Of a stretch of DNA of 64,000 nucleotides, positions 46,877 to 61,109 are shown piece after piece. The stretch's first letter is position 1; the number at the start of each line of letters is the position of its first letter. The stretch is from Botryllus schlosseri (taxonomy: Eukaryota), in assembly GCA_051294905.1 (NCBI GenBank), contig CM119371.1, positions 38,132,001 through 38,196,000 of the forward strand. Reading direction: 5' to 3'. The translations under genes and the position numbers were made by a program. Below the pieces are notes generated by a model. It was not told the origin of the DNA. It saw nothing but the letters and a program-made list of their open reading frames with translations, and ran no database searches.

Positions 46877-47399
46877 TAACTACGAAACCGAATCACATTA
46901 ATATTCTGGGGTATAAAAACATGTTGCGTGTCTGATACAGATACCGCATCACACGGCCAACACCAAGTTAATAAGCTAACATAATTTCTAATGACATGAA
47001 TTGATTAGGTGTGTAGAAATGATTATGCAGGATAATTTTTCACGGTAGAGCATATACACCAAGCTATCTATGAACATACCATTAGTATTAGTAGATTTTT
47101 AGTAATCAATTATCCCTCTAGGTCAGAGAATATTGTTAATATTGACAAATAAAATCATGGTATGGTGCTTATAGCAAAAAAGCTAACTCGCGCTAATTAC
47201 TTTATTCAATAACACAAGCTACTTAGCCAATTATTTTACTTACTATAAGATATTCAAATCATTAAGAAGGTAAGAGATGATAGGTCGTGAACATAAACGC
47301 AGATTTTACATTATGATCTGCTGGGCTAATATGCGTCTGAATTTCACAAAGAAACCTATATAGCAATACATGTATACCGGTACTTTATTTTGACGAAAT

Positions 47400-47840
47400 C
47401 TGGAAAGATACTTTCCTACATTCCTAAGTAGAAAGTGTCTGTCCTAACTAAATGGCTTGCCACGAATGAAGAAAGAACGTTCAACAAGCAGTTATTGGCT
47501 GCCAACACTGAAGTTGTTTGTACACTGCTGGTAACACGCCGTGTTGCTTCATTCAGACAATGTTGTCTACATCACAATATTCATCATGCGCTTCTTGATA
47601 TAAGAACCAATGCCAACGCAGTCTTGCTTCAGTTAGGATATTGCGGTACGTTGAGCATAATACCATATCAACATATTTCTTTCATTTGACCGTTTCTGAT
47701 TTACAATGAGCAGACATTGAGCCGTCTACAACAGTAGGCCTATAAATTAGGCTAAAAGCTGTAAAATGTCAATACCAAAAGTGCAAATATCTACGATACA
47801 ACCGAATGCAGGTGGCAACAATTTCTTGACATGTAAAAAT
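47400..47840 (-). mobile_element. hAT transposase C-terminal remnant; inverted homolog at ~61110-61570
   Basis: Reverse-complement similarity to 61.1-61.5 kb, which encodes TTAAVERSFS..LLSKDRHF. Confidence 0.6.
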
Positions 47841-50377
47841 ATCGCCCGAGTTATGAGTTTAGACGAGACGCAAGCTGTGACTTAGTAAACCTCAGTTCTT
47901 TTGATAAAACTTAAAAGCCTAGAATGCTTACTCCTTCCTGTCTTAGAAATGGCTACTCTTACTTGTGCTCAAGTTAAATTAGAAGTAACTTCACGAATTT
48001 ATGCTCGAGATTGAGTAGAAGCGACTGCATTTTAATTCGGAACTGAATTCAATTTCCAGGTTTTAGCGAATTCAGTAATTCTAAATGTGTAGCTACAATA
48101 TCAACTGTAATCTAATTGCCAACAGCTGAAAATATTCTCGCACTGAATGCAAATTGACATCATAATGGTCAATCCATAAATAAGCATGGTTAAGAATTGA
48201 GAAATTTATCAGGCACCCTCTATGTTTAACGCATGTTGTATAGATCATATTCTCCGTTATGTATCTGTGTATCGCGCGATCACACGTTTTTCAATCCCCG
48301 TAGGCTGTCGACACTTCTCGATAAAGCTTGTGTTTTCGTAAATAATCACACGAAATCAGCAGAATCTTTGCGGTCCCAAGATGCGACGGCCCCGGGCAAT
48401 TACAGCAACAAACAAGTCACAATTCATCAGCCTTCCAACAATCGCGAAATCAATCGGTTCATGTAAAATGTCAATTAGGATCCCCGTTTAGAAGAAAGAC
48501 ATTGTTCAATCACGACAATTTCGCGGTTTTATAAACCGAGCTACTGCGAGTCATTAGTAAATTTTAACGGGCGCTCACTAATTCGAGTCGTATTCGCATA
48601 TGGAAGTAGAACTAATCCGTAATTCATGATATGTGACGGGACCACAATGCTATTTATCGCACAATCCATTCGATCCAATAGTGACGCATGCCCAAGTATA
48701 ACTTCAATTCTAAATTTTTGTGGAACAATGAATGCTCGAGCCGCGGGTAAAACTGTTTTTAGTCATGATAACAGCCTCTAACATACAAGATACTTCACTT
48801 GGATAATAATTACTAATCCAAATGTAGTCCAAAGCAGTACGATAATAGTAGCTACGTTTTTAACACATCTGTCAATATTCCCGACAAATTGCCGTATATC
48901 ATTCGAATTCCATCAATCTTGTGAGTTGGTAAATTATGTACATTGCAAATGTAGATAAAGTATTATGGCAGGAGTTCTCAAACTTTTTTGATTGCAGACC
49001 CCTTCAAGTTTTGCTGGCGGTTACGAGAACCCCCAACATTTCAGAAGAGCGGATGACTGGAAGGTCATCACATCACTCAACTCTATTTAAGCTATTCCAG
49101 GCCTACAATAAGATAACTAATGACTAGAAAATGTAGTCACCATTCCTACGAAGAACATCATTCTGAAAGAATAATCTGTTTTTGTCGTTTCTTGACGACT
49201 TATTGCACTTTCACGGAGCCCCCAAAAAAGTGGTTCTCAAAGTTTTTAGACACGCCCCACTTTATGACATTGAAAAATTGTGCGCTTTTTTTTTACAGTG
49301 ACATCATAAAATATTTAAGAGAGCAATCAGAATATTAGCGATCCCAAGGGGTAGTTTGATGGCGGGAAAGGCTATGTCTGTTGATGAGAGAATTCTCCAA
49401 AATGAAATTCGGACAATATACAGAACAATAACCATGAGTTCAAGGTAAATCGTGTGGAGCGCGAAATTTTTTCGGGTAATTGCCGCTTCGCACAGACGCA
49501 CACCCCTTCAGATGCCTTCACGCCCCTCAGTTTGAGAACCACTGCCCTAAAACAAGGTGGTGGACCCCAGTTTAAGAACCCCATTATTACAGGATAGTTG
49601 ATTGGTCACAAGTAAGGCAATGTGAGCCTCTATCATAGGCCTACATGTAGAGGATATATAGAGAGTGACTGATTCCCTTTAGTAATAGTGAAAATTCAGG
49701 CTTTTGTCGCATCGCATTTTGATTAGATGAGGGCCGCAATTGGACCGATACCAATACTGACACTTAGCACGTTCTCTGAAAATCGCGATATGTTCAGCCA
49801 ATATTCAAAAAATTTATCCAAACAACTTTACAGCACTTGATATGCTTGAACATGTGGTCTTTTGATTTGATGTAAATTCTAAAAAATGATGATTTCTCTA
49901 TCTCTACTATGTTGTGCCTGCACGGAAGTTGCCGATATTTTTTTACCTCCGATCGCCTATACCGATATTTCTTCCAGAGTGTGATACAGACTCGACACTA
50001 TCATCAGCCTGATAAATCGCTCGGGGTCTACATTTGATCCATGTATTTCAAACCACACCTTCAAGGCTCTCGCGGGATCGAGTCAGCAGACACCCCATGG
50101 CATATAGGGAGCAGCACAGACCAACCAGTATAAATACAGTTTTCCGAAGCATACATAACAGGGTGCCGTTGATAACACGTTTCAAACTGATTCACATTCC
50201 TTTGGTATTTTTATGGCTCACAACCTTTTGAGAAAATATCAACAATAACCTTGATTCGGTACCACAACCCTAATCCAACACCTAAACCCCAATTATAAAC
50301 GTCAGAAGTTTGGCATGTTGATGGGAAACACTGATTGCCGATCGTCATGTTATTGTAGGTAAGAATGCACACTAGAC

Positions 50378-51155
50378 CAGTGGTTCTCAACCTTTTTCAG
50401 TTCACGGACTGGCAAAATTACACAAATAATTGGCGGACCAGTGGACCTTCAAGAATTGAAATCAACCCAAAATGTGTAAAATATGCAACCATTTTCTTGC
50501 AAGAATGGCATCACAGTCTCAACAGAGTAACATTTTGCGAGTTTTGTTCGTTACGTTTACGGTGTAATTTTATGGTAGTGTGTCTGCTGAATCGAAGTTA
50601 AATTGCCTTGCCAGATAAACGTGCTTTCGTCGAGATTTGCTTAGTCTTCCGCGTAGATGGCTGTGGATCCACCGACTACGCCAAATCCAATAATATTCTT
50701 CTTTTCGACAATATTAAGATTTGAAAACAGACCAAACACCTCGTCGCGCTATCTAGACATACTACAAATGCAATGTGACACACGAAAACACCCTACACAG
50801 GGTCAGACGGATATTCACAAAATTATTGAATCAAAAACGAATGATCATGCAAAATGCGCGGTTTAGGTTTAGTTTAAGTTGTCGCTCGCATGTGGTCAGT
50901 GGAGACGGATTCAACTTGTCAGCGGAGACGGATTTAACTAAACGTCAAATCGAACATGTTACAAGGCCTAATGTTACACCACAATGTTATAAATTAAGGA
51001 ACTGACGAAGTTCCGAATCAGCTTAAATTTGATATTTCATTTTTTTTATCAATGGACAAGACGTCAACATCTTGCATTTGCAATTGCAATAAAGTTGTAA
51101 AATTTCAATATATCAGGCCGAAATGTTGCCGCGTACCGGCGGTTCAGAGCCACTG
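50378..51155. mobile_element. hAT (Charlie-like) MITE
   Basis: Ends CAGTGGTTCTCAACC/GGTTCAGAGCCACTG; TSD cactagac/cactatac. Confidence 0.8.
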
Positions 51156-51838
51156 CACTATACCCATGAGAAGCATACCTTTAATTCCTTGGCATGCATC
51201 AAAATGCAATGGGCCGCTTTTGTGCATTTATCGCATTCCGAGTCCAGATTGTAAATGCACCAGACGTACAACTCGGAGAGGTTGATTACTTTGTAGAAAT
51301 TCTGAAATACGAATAATTAATATGGATTCATTTTATAGATACAAGACTCTTGGAGATAGAGAACTTCAATATGCAACTAGATAATATAAAAACACTACAT
51401 GAACTTCAGTATTTTCGGTCGGAGATGGAGTTAGCGACATCATGCGTAGGCTTGATAATATCCCTAAGCTAACGCTAACGCCCCCCACCCCAACCCTAAC
51501 ATCGGTCATCCTCCAATCCTAATGTCCGACACCCACGACCCTAATATCCCTCACCCACAACTCCAATCCCAACAAGAAAAACAATTTATTTTGATGTTTA
51601 TAAATTTTGACACCTTAATGGGAAACATTTATTGATGTCATTGGGAACACTCGATTGAACTAGGGGCATATCGAGAGAAGCGCTAAGAATTGAAGGTCTA
51701 ATCGTCAGCTACATATTTCTTTCCTTCAGCAAACGTTTTAATCTGTGGAAGAAGGTCATACAATCTTTTGAGCCATGAAGCGCCGCTTAGCCTTCGAATG
51801 CTCAAGTGTGTTTGCTCTAATCCATTTCACTGTTGTTA

Positions 51839-52090
51839 TTACCACATGCATCGCATTAGACATGTAGAGTGACTTAGCAACCAGACTTGCTTGAAATGTA
51901 ATTCTTCAAGAGTAGCACGAAATTCACGAAATATATCTGCTCTTTTAGTTAAGCCATGAATGGACAGCAAAGTGAGATATTTTTCACAAATCGTAAAATC
52001 CGGGATGACTCCCTCAATATACACAGCTAATTGCTCGATGTCAGTGAGATCATTTGAGCTGTTACGCACGACAGAGTAGCACAAATTTAA
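51839..52090 (-). pseudogene. Degraded hAT (Charlie/SPIN/GTF2IRD2-like) transposase fragment
   Basis: S.DLTDIEQLAVYI.GV..DFTICE.YL.L..IHG.TK.ADIF matches the DESTD..D..QL..FIRGV region of Charlie/Buster transposases. Confidence 0.75.
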
Positions 52091-54999
52091 TTTTTGATTT
52101 CACAAGAAGATGATCATGTTGGTCGTTTGCTTTTCATTCAATGCACCGTGTTACTGCAGTATTACTCAGCTGCACTGCTTATCACCACATGACAAAGAAG
52201 GCAACGGGCTTGGTTGTCAACCTCATTTTGAAAATACTTTTATTTCCAATCGCTTTGAAAAACACGTTTGTCCTGAACGTGCTATTTTTGAAGGCTGTTC
52301 AGACATAATTTGAAGCTTGAATATATGTAAGACTTGAGCAAATGACTGCTTATTAATTATCCTATTGCAGTTTCATGGCATTTGTAACTACTTTATATCA
52401 AGTTCAATAAAAAGTCCACAAAAATGAGTAAAATCGAGAAGAACTAGACAGCTGCTGCTGGGTTTTGCCTTAAATATATATAGCTGCTGCTCAACTGGAA
52501 AGTTATGGGACATTGCTTTGAAACAACAGTGATGTATGGCAGTCTAATCACAACTCTCCCCATAATTATAGGACTCCAGACTCCAAGCCTAGGAAGCAAG
52601 GGTTATTTTTTTATATCAATTTCATTTCTTTGTTAAATAAATCAATTTTTCAATATTTTTGTGGAATTTTCAAAAGTCAATGAGAGCCGCAAGAAGACTG
52701 GGAAGCTGGGAGCCACGGCAGGGAATCACTGCTATAGAGTGACACCCAAAAATATTCAGGTTTATTTCAATTGGAATATATTATTCAAATAAAAATACCC
52801 ACATCACGCACTGCATGTGGAGTACCGTTATCTTGAAGTCGAATAATCGTCTGGATCAGAGCCTGAAACATATAGGCTAGTGTTCACCACTTCCTTATCC
52901 GTTTATAGATCCCTATTTGAAAAAAACATATTATACTAGTTTGAATTATACCAAACACCATTCTAAATATCGTTCCACTCACAACATCCTTGGACCCGAG
53001 CAACGTGACAATATCCGCAAGCTGTTTGATGCACAAATCCAATTCTTTTCTTTTTTGCGTCAGACTTTCAAATCGCGAGTCATTATTTTCAACAAAATGA
53101 GTGCGTATTTACTATTCAGCAGTCAATTTAGAAAATGTAAATCTGCATCGAATTCTAATTCAGAAAACCGGCCGGACTCCAGTTCGGTTAGAATCCTGTA
53201 AAACAGGAAAAACACTGTGACAGCAATCCAACAGTTCCATTGTCAGGATAGATGCAGAGAGACGAATTGAAAAACTCCAGCAGTTGCAGCAAAAGATTAC
53301 CGTCATTAAACCTAGTCTGGTCTGATTTCCCGGAGTCTGATAACCAGTTGCTTAAATGGTATAGTACAACAAATCGGATTCGTTCCCAATATTGCAATCT
53401 TCTTAAGTAATATGTCCCCAAATGTCTTCTTTTTATCTAGACAACTCCTAGTCGCTTCGACATCTTCCTTTCTCTTCATTGTATCGCATTTTTTGTGGTG
53501 TATTGAACTGATAAAATTGCTAATAAACCAATGATGATGATGATGAGGACGCCCTCTTACTGCTTACCCGCGATCAGAAGTACGTGTATAAATTCCAAAG
53601 TTTTTATATCTGTTACTGCAACTTGAAAAGAGTGTCCTCTTTTTATGATCTGAAAATATGGTGCTAGTGCCAGTAGCAAACCGGTCATGCCGCCTCCAAT
53701 ATTACCGCCGATTTCACATCAGGAACAGCGCGCAAGTTTCTGCTCGAATCAATAATATATACATCGCTCGTGTCCATATAAATCAATTACTCGACTTAAA
53801 ACTCAGCTCATATAGCGATCATTGCTTCGATTTCGAATGCAGCGTAGCCGCAGCTGCTAATGCATCACGACTATAGAATGTAAACAATGTTTACAATGCG
53901 ACATGCGATACCGTGATTGCGCAATAATTCCAGTGATGCGTAGCGAGTATGTTTTGAATTTTTTGATAAACCACCGGGCTAAGCCGGAAAGTGAAGTCGG
54001 ATCAGCGTGTACCTTTGAGTATACATGCTGCTCGGATCTCGCAAAGTCGCAATCGATGCGGTTTGTACTTGTGGTCGATCAACCCCACGCAGAACGTCTT
54101 GTTGGTGTTATTTGATATACTTGTTATGATTTATGAGTCTGATTTTCCAAGAGTTACTCCAAATCGTTTCGACACATTCCTATCTTTAATTAGGCCCCGT
54201 GGATATACTCACCTATCGCGTTGGGATTAGGGTTAGAGGTGCGGTATATTAGGGTTGCCTGTGGGTTAGGGCATCCTAATGTTGGGGTTATATAGGTGAG
54301 GCATGCTAGTTTTGGGGTCTTGGGGATGACAGATATTAGGTTTGGGGAAGGGGATATTCGAGTCGGAGTGGGATATATTAGGGCTAGTGAACGGGATATT
54401 AGGGTGGGTTAGGGTATCCCAAGGGCCAAGATTTGGGTTGGGAGTACTCCCTCCTATCGTCTCCCCCAACCCTTATCCCAAGGTGATAGCTGAGTATATC
54501 CACGGAGCCTATCATCGCAGTCGTGTGGTGTTCTGGATTGTTTGCTGCGTAAATTTTGCAAGATAGCAGTCGAACGCAAAGGCTGAAACTAAACAGCCAA
54601 AGTTTTTGACGAGTCAACTATAATACTGCAATTCTACGGCTACATGCACTCATCTCATTTAGTCGCTCGAATATGTGTGATATGTGTTTGAATTATCCTA
54701 CGAGTAAGTCATCACTAATCATTTTTGAGTGTGCGCATATCAAGCATACAGCGAAAATACGCCGTGAATTTCTGCGATATAACGATTCGAGTTCCTATTT
54801 CCCAGCAACTGTTTGAACTGCGACAAGATTTTACACGGTACAGAACAGATATCTACAATAAGTATATAATAGGGGCGCCAATCGTTTTGCCATTCACGGC
54901 CGCATTTCGACCACTGATGTAGCCTACGGCCGCATTCCGGGACATAGTCGAAATGAACTAGCGGGACGCCAAATATTCATGCTAAAGTGTCTGTCGCCC

Positions 55000-55105
55000 T
55001 TTCTGGGGAACCAGCACGAGCGCCAAGCAGTGAAGTCATGAATACCAGTACCAACAAGGTCTTTGGTCTGATCCGGCCGGGGATCGAACCCACGACCTAC
55101 CGATC
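55000..55105 (-). mobile_element. Second copy (fragment) of the tRNA-derived SINE
   Basis: GGTCTTTGGTCTGATCCGGCCGGGGATCGAACCCACGACC matches 38843-38882. Confidence 0.65.
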
Positions 55106-56710
55106 ATCATTGCGGAATTGTATAATCACGGCAAAGTAAGAAATATTGACCAGAAAGAGAGGACTTGAGTACGTGGGTTAACGTTTTTTCGCTAATAAAG
55201 TCACACGCTCAAGTCGATTTCATTGTATCACTCAAATGTCGGGCATCCCACGACGGAACCGATTATTTCGAAGAGGCGAATACTTTCGTCGCCGGTGAAT
55301 CGCAGCGATCAAAAAAGATAGTAGGATGTCAAAGCACTCTGCAAATTCCGTTTCGAAGAAAAGTGAAAAATTTGAACTGATGAGTAACAAAAACACCGGA
55401 TCCGCTTCGTCAATAAACAGAACATGCGGACTGTTTTCTGCTTCAATAATAACGATGTAAACTAGATAACCTCGCATAAAGGCTGCATCACATCTTAATC
55501 GTCAAAGCACCGCGATGGCGCAGACGAAAATAACCCTGATCCCTCTCTCCTTCAGGTCAATCTCAACCACTTTGAAATATTGCCGAAGACGTGGTATTCC
55601 AAACCACGAACAGGGCGCGGCTTCATTTCATGGATAATTTCAGCGACATGTTTATCAGGAGGCGGGAGTGCCTTTGTTTTGAGTGCACCGGTCGGATTCA
55701 AACAACAGTGAACGCGCTGTTATGACAAGGTGCAATCTTTTAAGGCGATCAAAGAGCGAACTGATGTTACTCCGCGTGCCGATGCAAAAGATCAATTAGA
55801 CATTTCCGGATTTGTTCTAACCGGGCGATGAAATAAATAGTTCGTAGCGATGTGTCACGGAATTCGCAAACTTCAAAACGTGAGGCCATCTCTATACGTC
55901 GGGGGGCTTTAACGCATCCAGAAACAGAAACCTCGCTAAACCAATAACCGACTAATATTTCACGTCCAAATGAAAGCATTTAGTCAGGAACAAACCTGTC
56001 CAGTATCCATTTACTCCTCACAAAATTAAAATTTACGGTCTTGAATCCGGATGAAAAAAATCAAACCGCTCAACCCACCCAGGGCGTAACTATTAGTGTC
56101 GTTTAAGGCAAAAATGCGTGGTTAAAATTCCTTGCCTTATTGTTGCCCCATCATAACAAGCGCATAAGTAGGCTACCTACAACCAGGGTTGCATTTAAAA
56201 CAAAAATCAATTTAAAGCAAACATGTTTAAAACATGTTTTTTATTCAACTCAGGACGTCACGAATATTTAATTGTGACGTCACAGTTGATTGACATTGAC
56301 AATTGAAAATATTGGATAAATATGGCTCTTTCGACGAAAATGGCTTCCAACCACTGTCATAAACAAACCAAAAATATATTTAACCAGGACTACACCGTTA
56401 TGCTGCATTTTTACAGTCGGCGGTAATCATTATCAGAACACCCATTCCGTACCAATGATCTATGTCTAGCTAGGTTGCTAAATCTGTTGCACCGACAACG
56501 ATTTCGAGGGCTCCACCACCCCACATCGTATACGTCAACTATTATGGGTGCAAATCGTCCGTAGGCTCATCTCTACATGGCTTTATGGACGTATATTTAC
56601 ACAATTGCGGAATAATTAGACGTTTGAAAAAAAAAACACTAACTTGTTTTTTGTTTAAAACACTGTTGAAAACATATTTTAAACAAAGTGTTTTAAACGC
56701 GACCCTACAG

Positions 56711-59019
56711 TAGGGTGGAGTGAAAATGACTTTTTTTTTCAAATCAAAAAAAGGCCTTCCTCAATCCTGACAAATGACCTAAAACTTCAATAAAAAGTGA
56801 CTTCAGGGTGTTGCCCCCATTTTCCAGCCGGCAACCCCCCAATTTCTGCGCGTGGGGGGGTAAAATGGCCCATCTCGGCAACCGCTGGTCGTAGAGTCAT
56901 GATATATAGCTCAAAATCTGCGGAAGCATCATGTTTCTATCTGTCTTAAGAAGAAAGTTTTCTCTATTGTGAACACAAAATGAGTTATAGCCAAAAAACA
57001 ATATATACGCACATTTTTGTTGAAATTCAGCATTTATTCTGACGAATTGTGATCTGTCATTAGTTTTTTTTTAAGAAAAGTAACACACTGACAATACCGA
57101 ATATTGGGCCCATATTACAAATATATTCACAACACAGTCCTTTTAAAATCGGTTCAAAACATCATAATGAAACACTTACATTTAACGACTTATTGAAAAT
57201 GCATTCTTTTGTCAAGTTTTGTCATCAGTTTACGAGACTTAATTTTTCGGCGAATGAGGCCATCTCGTCTTTGAAATCCCGAAACTTGTGCTGATGCTTC
57301 TGTTACGAGCTTTACATGTCGTTCCACTGTTTGATTGTGGCATGGATGAAACAAAATCAGAGGCTTCTCGCGGCATTCTTCCAAATCTGCATCAGTTAAG
57401 AACTCAATCGCTTGAGGAAGTTGTTGATATAAGGTTCAATATCAACCAACTCGTGGTATGCCTTTGCTTCCAAGTTCAACTTTGGGACACAGAATAAACG
57501 AACAGGACCGCAGTTCGATTGGTTGGAACTGCTATGATTCTCAATGTCAAGAAGTGAATTTTATTCAGCGGCATGTTTTCGAATCGCCAGCACCTTGGTC
57601 ACACCCAATTGGAAAAAAACTACGTGGAAGTGTATCTTGCTGGCCAGTTACTCAATTCAAAAAGCTCTCGCCACCACTTATGGCCTTTCCAAAGCTCCCA
57701 TCGGAAATTGTTGGTGACTTAAGGACCAGTTATATGCTTATAAATGTGCTGGGCAATTATTCAAGGAAATGCTGATGATGATCCGGCTTACTTGGAGGTT
57801 GGACCACCAGTTGCGCATTCAAGATGGCTAACAGGATGCAGTGCAGAGTTTTACGGTATTATGTAACAGTTGATGAACCGCCTTTGAACCTAGAGATTCT
57901 GGTTCGTTTTTGCCTTGAAGTATATTTTCCGACTTGGTTTGAGATCAAGGGAAACAAACATATAACACATGGACCCAGAAACATCTTCAACTTGATTCAA
58001 CAGGTTTTGAATTTCTCTGACCGAAACGTTCGAAAAATTACTTTGAATGTGGTGATAAGAAACGGTTATTCCGCACACCCCGAAAATATTATGATTGCAA
58101 TGCTGGTAGATGATAATGAAGACATACGAAATAAGGGTGTGACCAAGGTGCTTGCGTTTCGAAAACATGCCGCTGAATGAAATTCACTTGTGGATATTGA
58201 AAGTCATAACAGTTCCAACCAATTGAACTTGGGTCCTATTCGTTTATTCTGTGTCCCAAAGCCAAGGCATACCACGAGTTGGTTGATATTGAACCTTATC
58301 AACAACTTCCTCCAACGATTGAGCACTTAACTGATGCAGATTTGGAAGAATGCCGCGAGAAGCCTCTGATTTTGTTTCATCCATGTCACAATCAAACAGT
58401 GGAACGACATGTAAAGCTCGTAACAGAAGCATCAGCACAAGTTTCGGGATTTCAAAGACGAGATGGCCTCTCAATTGCCAAAAAATTAAGTCTCGTAAAC
58501 TGATGAAAAAATTTGACACAAAAATGCTTTTTCGATAAGCTGTTAAATGTGGGTGTTTCATTATGATGTTTTGAACTGATTTTAAAATGACTGTGTTATG
58601 AATATATTTGTATTATGGACCCAATATTCGGTATTGCCAGTGTGTTACTTTTAGTTTCAAAAAAACTGATGACAGATCACAATTCGTCAGAATAAATGCT
58701 GAATTTCAACAAAAATGTGCGTATATATTGTTTTTTTGGCTATAACTCATTTTGTGTTCACAATAGAGAAAACTTTCTTCTTAAGACAGATAGAAACATG
58801 ATGCTTCCGTAGATTTTGAGCTATATATCATGACTCTACGACCAGCGGTTGCCGAGATGGGCCATTTTACCCCCCCACGCGCAGAAATTGGGGGGTTGCC
58901 GGCTGGAAAATGGGGGCAACACCCTGAAGTCACTTTTTATTGAAGTTTTAGGTCATTTGTCAGGATTGAGGAAGGCCTTTTTTTTGATTTGAAAAAAAAG
59001 TCATTTTCACTCCACCCTA
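56711..59019. mobile_element. Palindromic hATm-type element: two inverted copies of the transposon 3' end plus a transposase fragment
   Basis: Arms 56711-57606 and 58135-59019; perfect TSD ccctacag; peptides HSRWLT, RVLRYYV..NGYSAHPENIMIAML and PCHNQTVERHVKLVTEAS. Confidence 0.92.
57607..58503 (+). pseudogene. Frameshifted hATm transposase C-terminal half
   Basis: Discontinuous ORFs 57824-58180 and 58279-58503 carry hATm motifs (AHPEN, PCH.Q.VER.VKLVTEAS). Confidence 0.85.
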
Positions 59020-59687
59020 CCCTACAGACAACACACGCGCGCAGTCGTTGCCAACTATCAAGTTTACGCCGGGCTACAATTGTGAAACGATATTTCTACG
59101 TCAATCCGACCAGTCGTCGAGCGTTTCCACTGTCCATGACAAGCGGCGAAGACTATTCATTACTTTCTCGCTATAGCCTACTCAACTTATAATGGAATCT
59201 CAAACTAAAAAAACATCTTTCGTGAGAGGCGCGCGATAGCTAATTCGTATTTCTTCAAATGCTTCTTCGCCTTTGCGTACCGCAATTGTACCACGGGCTC
59301 GGACTGTAGGCATAATAGTGTTCGACCACGGCTATTTTGGGGCTTGTACAGTGTATACATATCAATTCGAAGAGGCTTCCGGCAACACACTGCTGTCAAA
59401 GTTTAATCGCCGCCGATCTGTTTGGCAGCCCACTTCGGCGAGTCGCATGGGCGTAAATGGCCTGCGCCGTGTTTACATTAACCAGGATAAATATAGGCAA
59501 GGTGCGCTTGGTTGCAACTGGCGTAGCACACTCCCCGAGCTCAATCTGAATGGAACTGCTGCATCACTTCAGGTACGTCGCCCCTGTTCATGTAAACCCA
59601 ATTTCTACTTCACTATGAGACATTATGTTGACGTTAGTAAAATTGAGTCGAAATGTACTCTTCACAAAGACGATCCATATTATAGAT

Positions 59688-60601
59688 CAGGGGTCGCCAA
59701 CTCAAAACGGGTCACGGGCCACTTTTCAAAATTTGCCGAGGCCGCATGACTTCTATATCGATATAAAAACAGGCAACGCTGGTTAACGGCGACGTTTTGA
59801 TAACTCTGTCAGTACAACGATAACTTGGGCGACGAGCACATCGTGATTAGTCAATTTATGAATGACCACAAGCATACGTATTATAGTCGCGCGAAGCGCG
59901 AAAAATTTCTCATGTTCTTGAGTGTATTTCATCATTAATATTAGTAAATTTTCACATATTACATCAAATATTTATCCTTCATCGGTAGAGTTGATGCATA
60001 GGGGGTGTCTAAGAAAATTTAGCAAAGTTATTAATGCCGTTGCTGCATCTTTGGGTGGCCAAATTGTTTATAGTCCCTTTCAGAATTTCAAGAATAATGC
60101 AAGCCTCTCAGCAATTAGGGAGTCAATTCGTAAATTCAATTTGAATATTGACGGCTGCCAACACATCCTATTCAAAATAAGTGTCTACGGCCGCATAATT
60201 GCCCTTCTACTGCCTCAGATTTACCATCGATGGACTAAAGAATCGATACTGTGATTAGATAGACACTTTACTTGCTGGAAAACTATCTCCTCGTAAAGCT
60301 TGGTGTTTTGGAGAGCCCGAAGTCGTTTTCTAAGCGTCTCGGTCTGGGCAGTGGTGGGCCATTGCACGTCACGGCAATATGCTCATTCATATCAGGAAAT
60401 TCTTCCTCCATGGAATGCTATTACAATCGCCGAAGCCGTAACAGCTAGTAGGCAATAGTAAGATGAGGCATAGGAGAATAGCTCACATTGAATGACAGCA
60501 ACAATATGTCCAAACTGAAATCATCAGCATTTCAAAATGTTTTACTAAGCGTTCTTCCGAAATTTCAAATCAGGTCGCGGGCCGCGGGTTGGTGACCCTT
60601 G
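59688..60601. mobile_element. hAT (Charlie-like) MITE
   Basis: Ends CAGGGGTCGCCAAC/GTTGGTGACCCTTG; perfect TSD ttatagat. Confidence 0.85.
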
Positions 60602-61109
60602 TTATAGATCTATGACCACTGACCAGCAGAACGCAAGATATGTCCTTATCTGATGAGTGTTCATCTATGCGTTTGACGCCAATCTGCAAGAACTCTCTTC
60701 CCAGCTTTTAGAAGCGACCTTGGGCGGCTTTAGACATAACTAATATCCCCTCATTATAGCGTTCATTCACAGAAATTGTCTTTGTATTTTTGTGGCATAT
60801 CCAGAAGACAATCAGAGCCGCAACAAGGCTACCTTGGAGCCGCATTTGGGAATCACTGCTCTGGACGCACATAGGCAGAAATTGCGCGCTAAGCACACTT
60901 GGACTAGATAATTATAATTGTATGATTAAAGTAATTTGAAGTAAAATACCGGTAATCTAAATCCAATCTAATTTGTGAAATGTTTCTATGTTCTAATTCT
61001 ATTGCACTTCTGAAAATGCCACAGGAGAACTGTATCATGAATAACGAATTTAGTTTACGAATTCAGTTATTCTAATTCTAATCTAGTTCAGAAAATAACT
61101 TTAGTTATA

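Noticed and set aside
54220..54450. TTAGGG-like repeats (also CCCTAA-like at ~51460-51570) as telomere
   Set aside because: Highly degenerate, short and interstitial; more likely part of a dispersed repeat.
55232..55477. ORF with a Walker-B-like AENSPHVLFIDEAD (AAA+ ATPase?)
   Set aside because: No Walker A or other AAA motifs were found in adjacent frames and there are no convincing splice sites; likely chance or a decayed fragment.
59273..59749. 158-aa ORF
   Set aside because: Non-ATG start, no recognisable motif, and it runs into a MITE.
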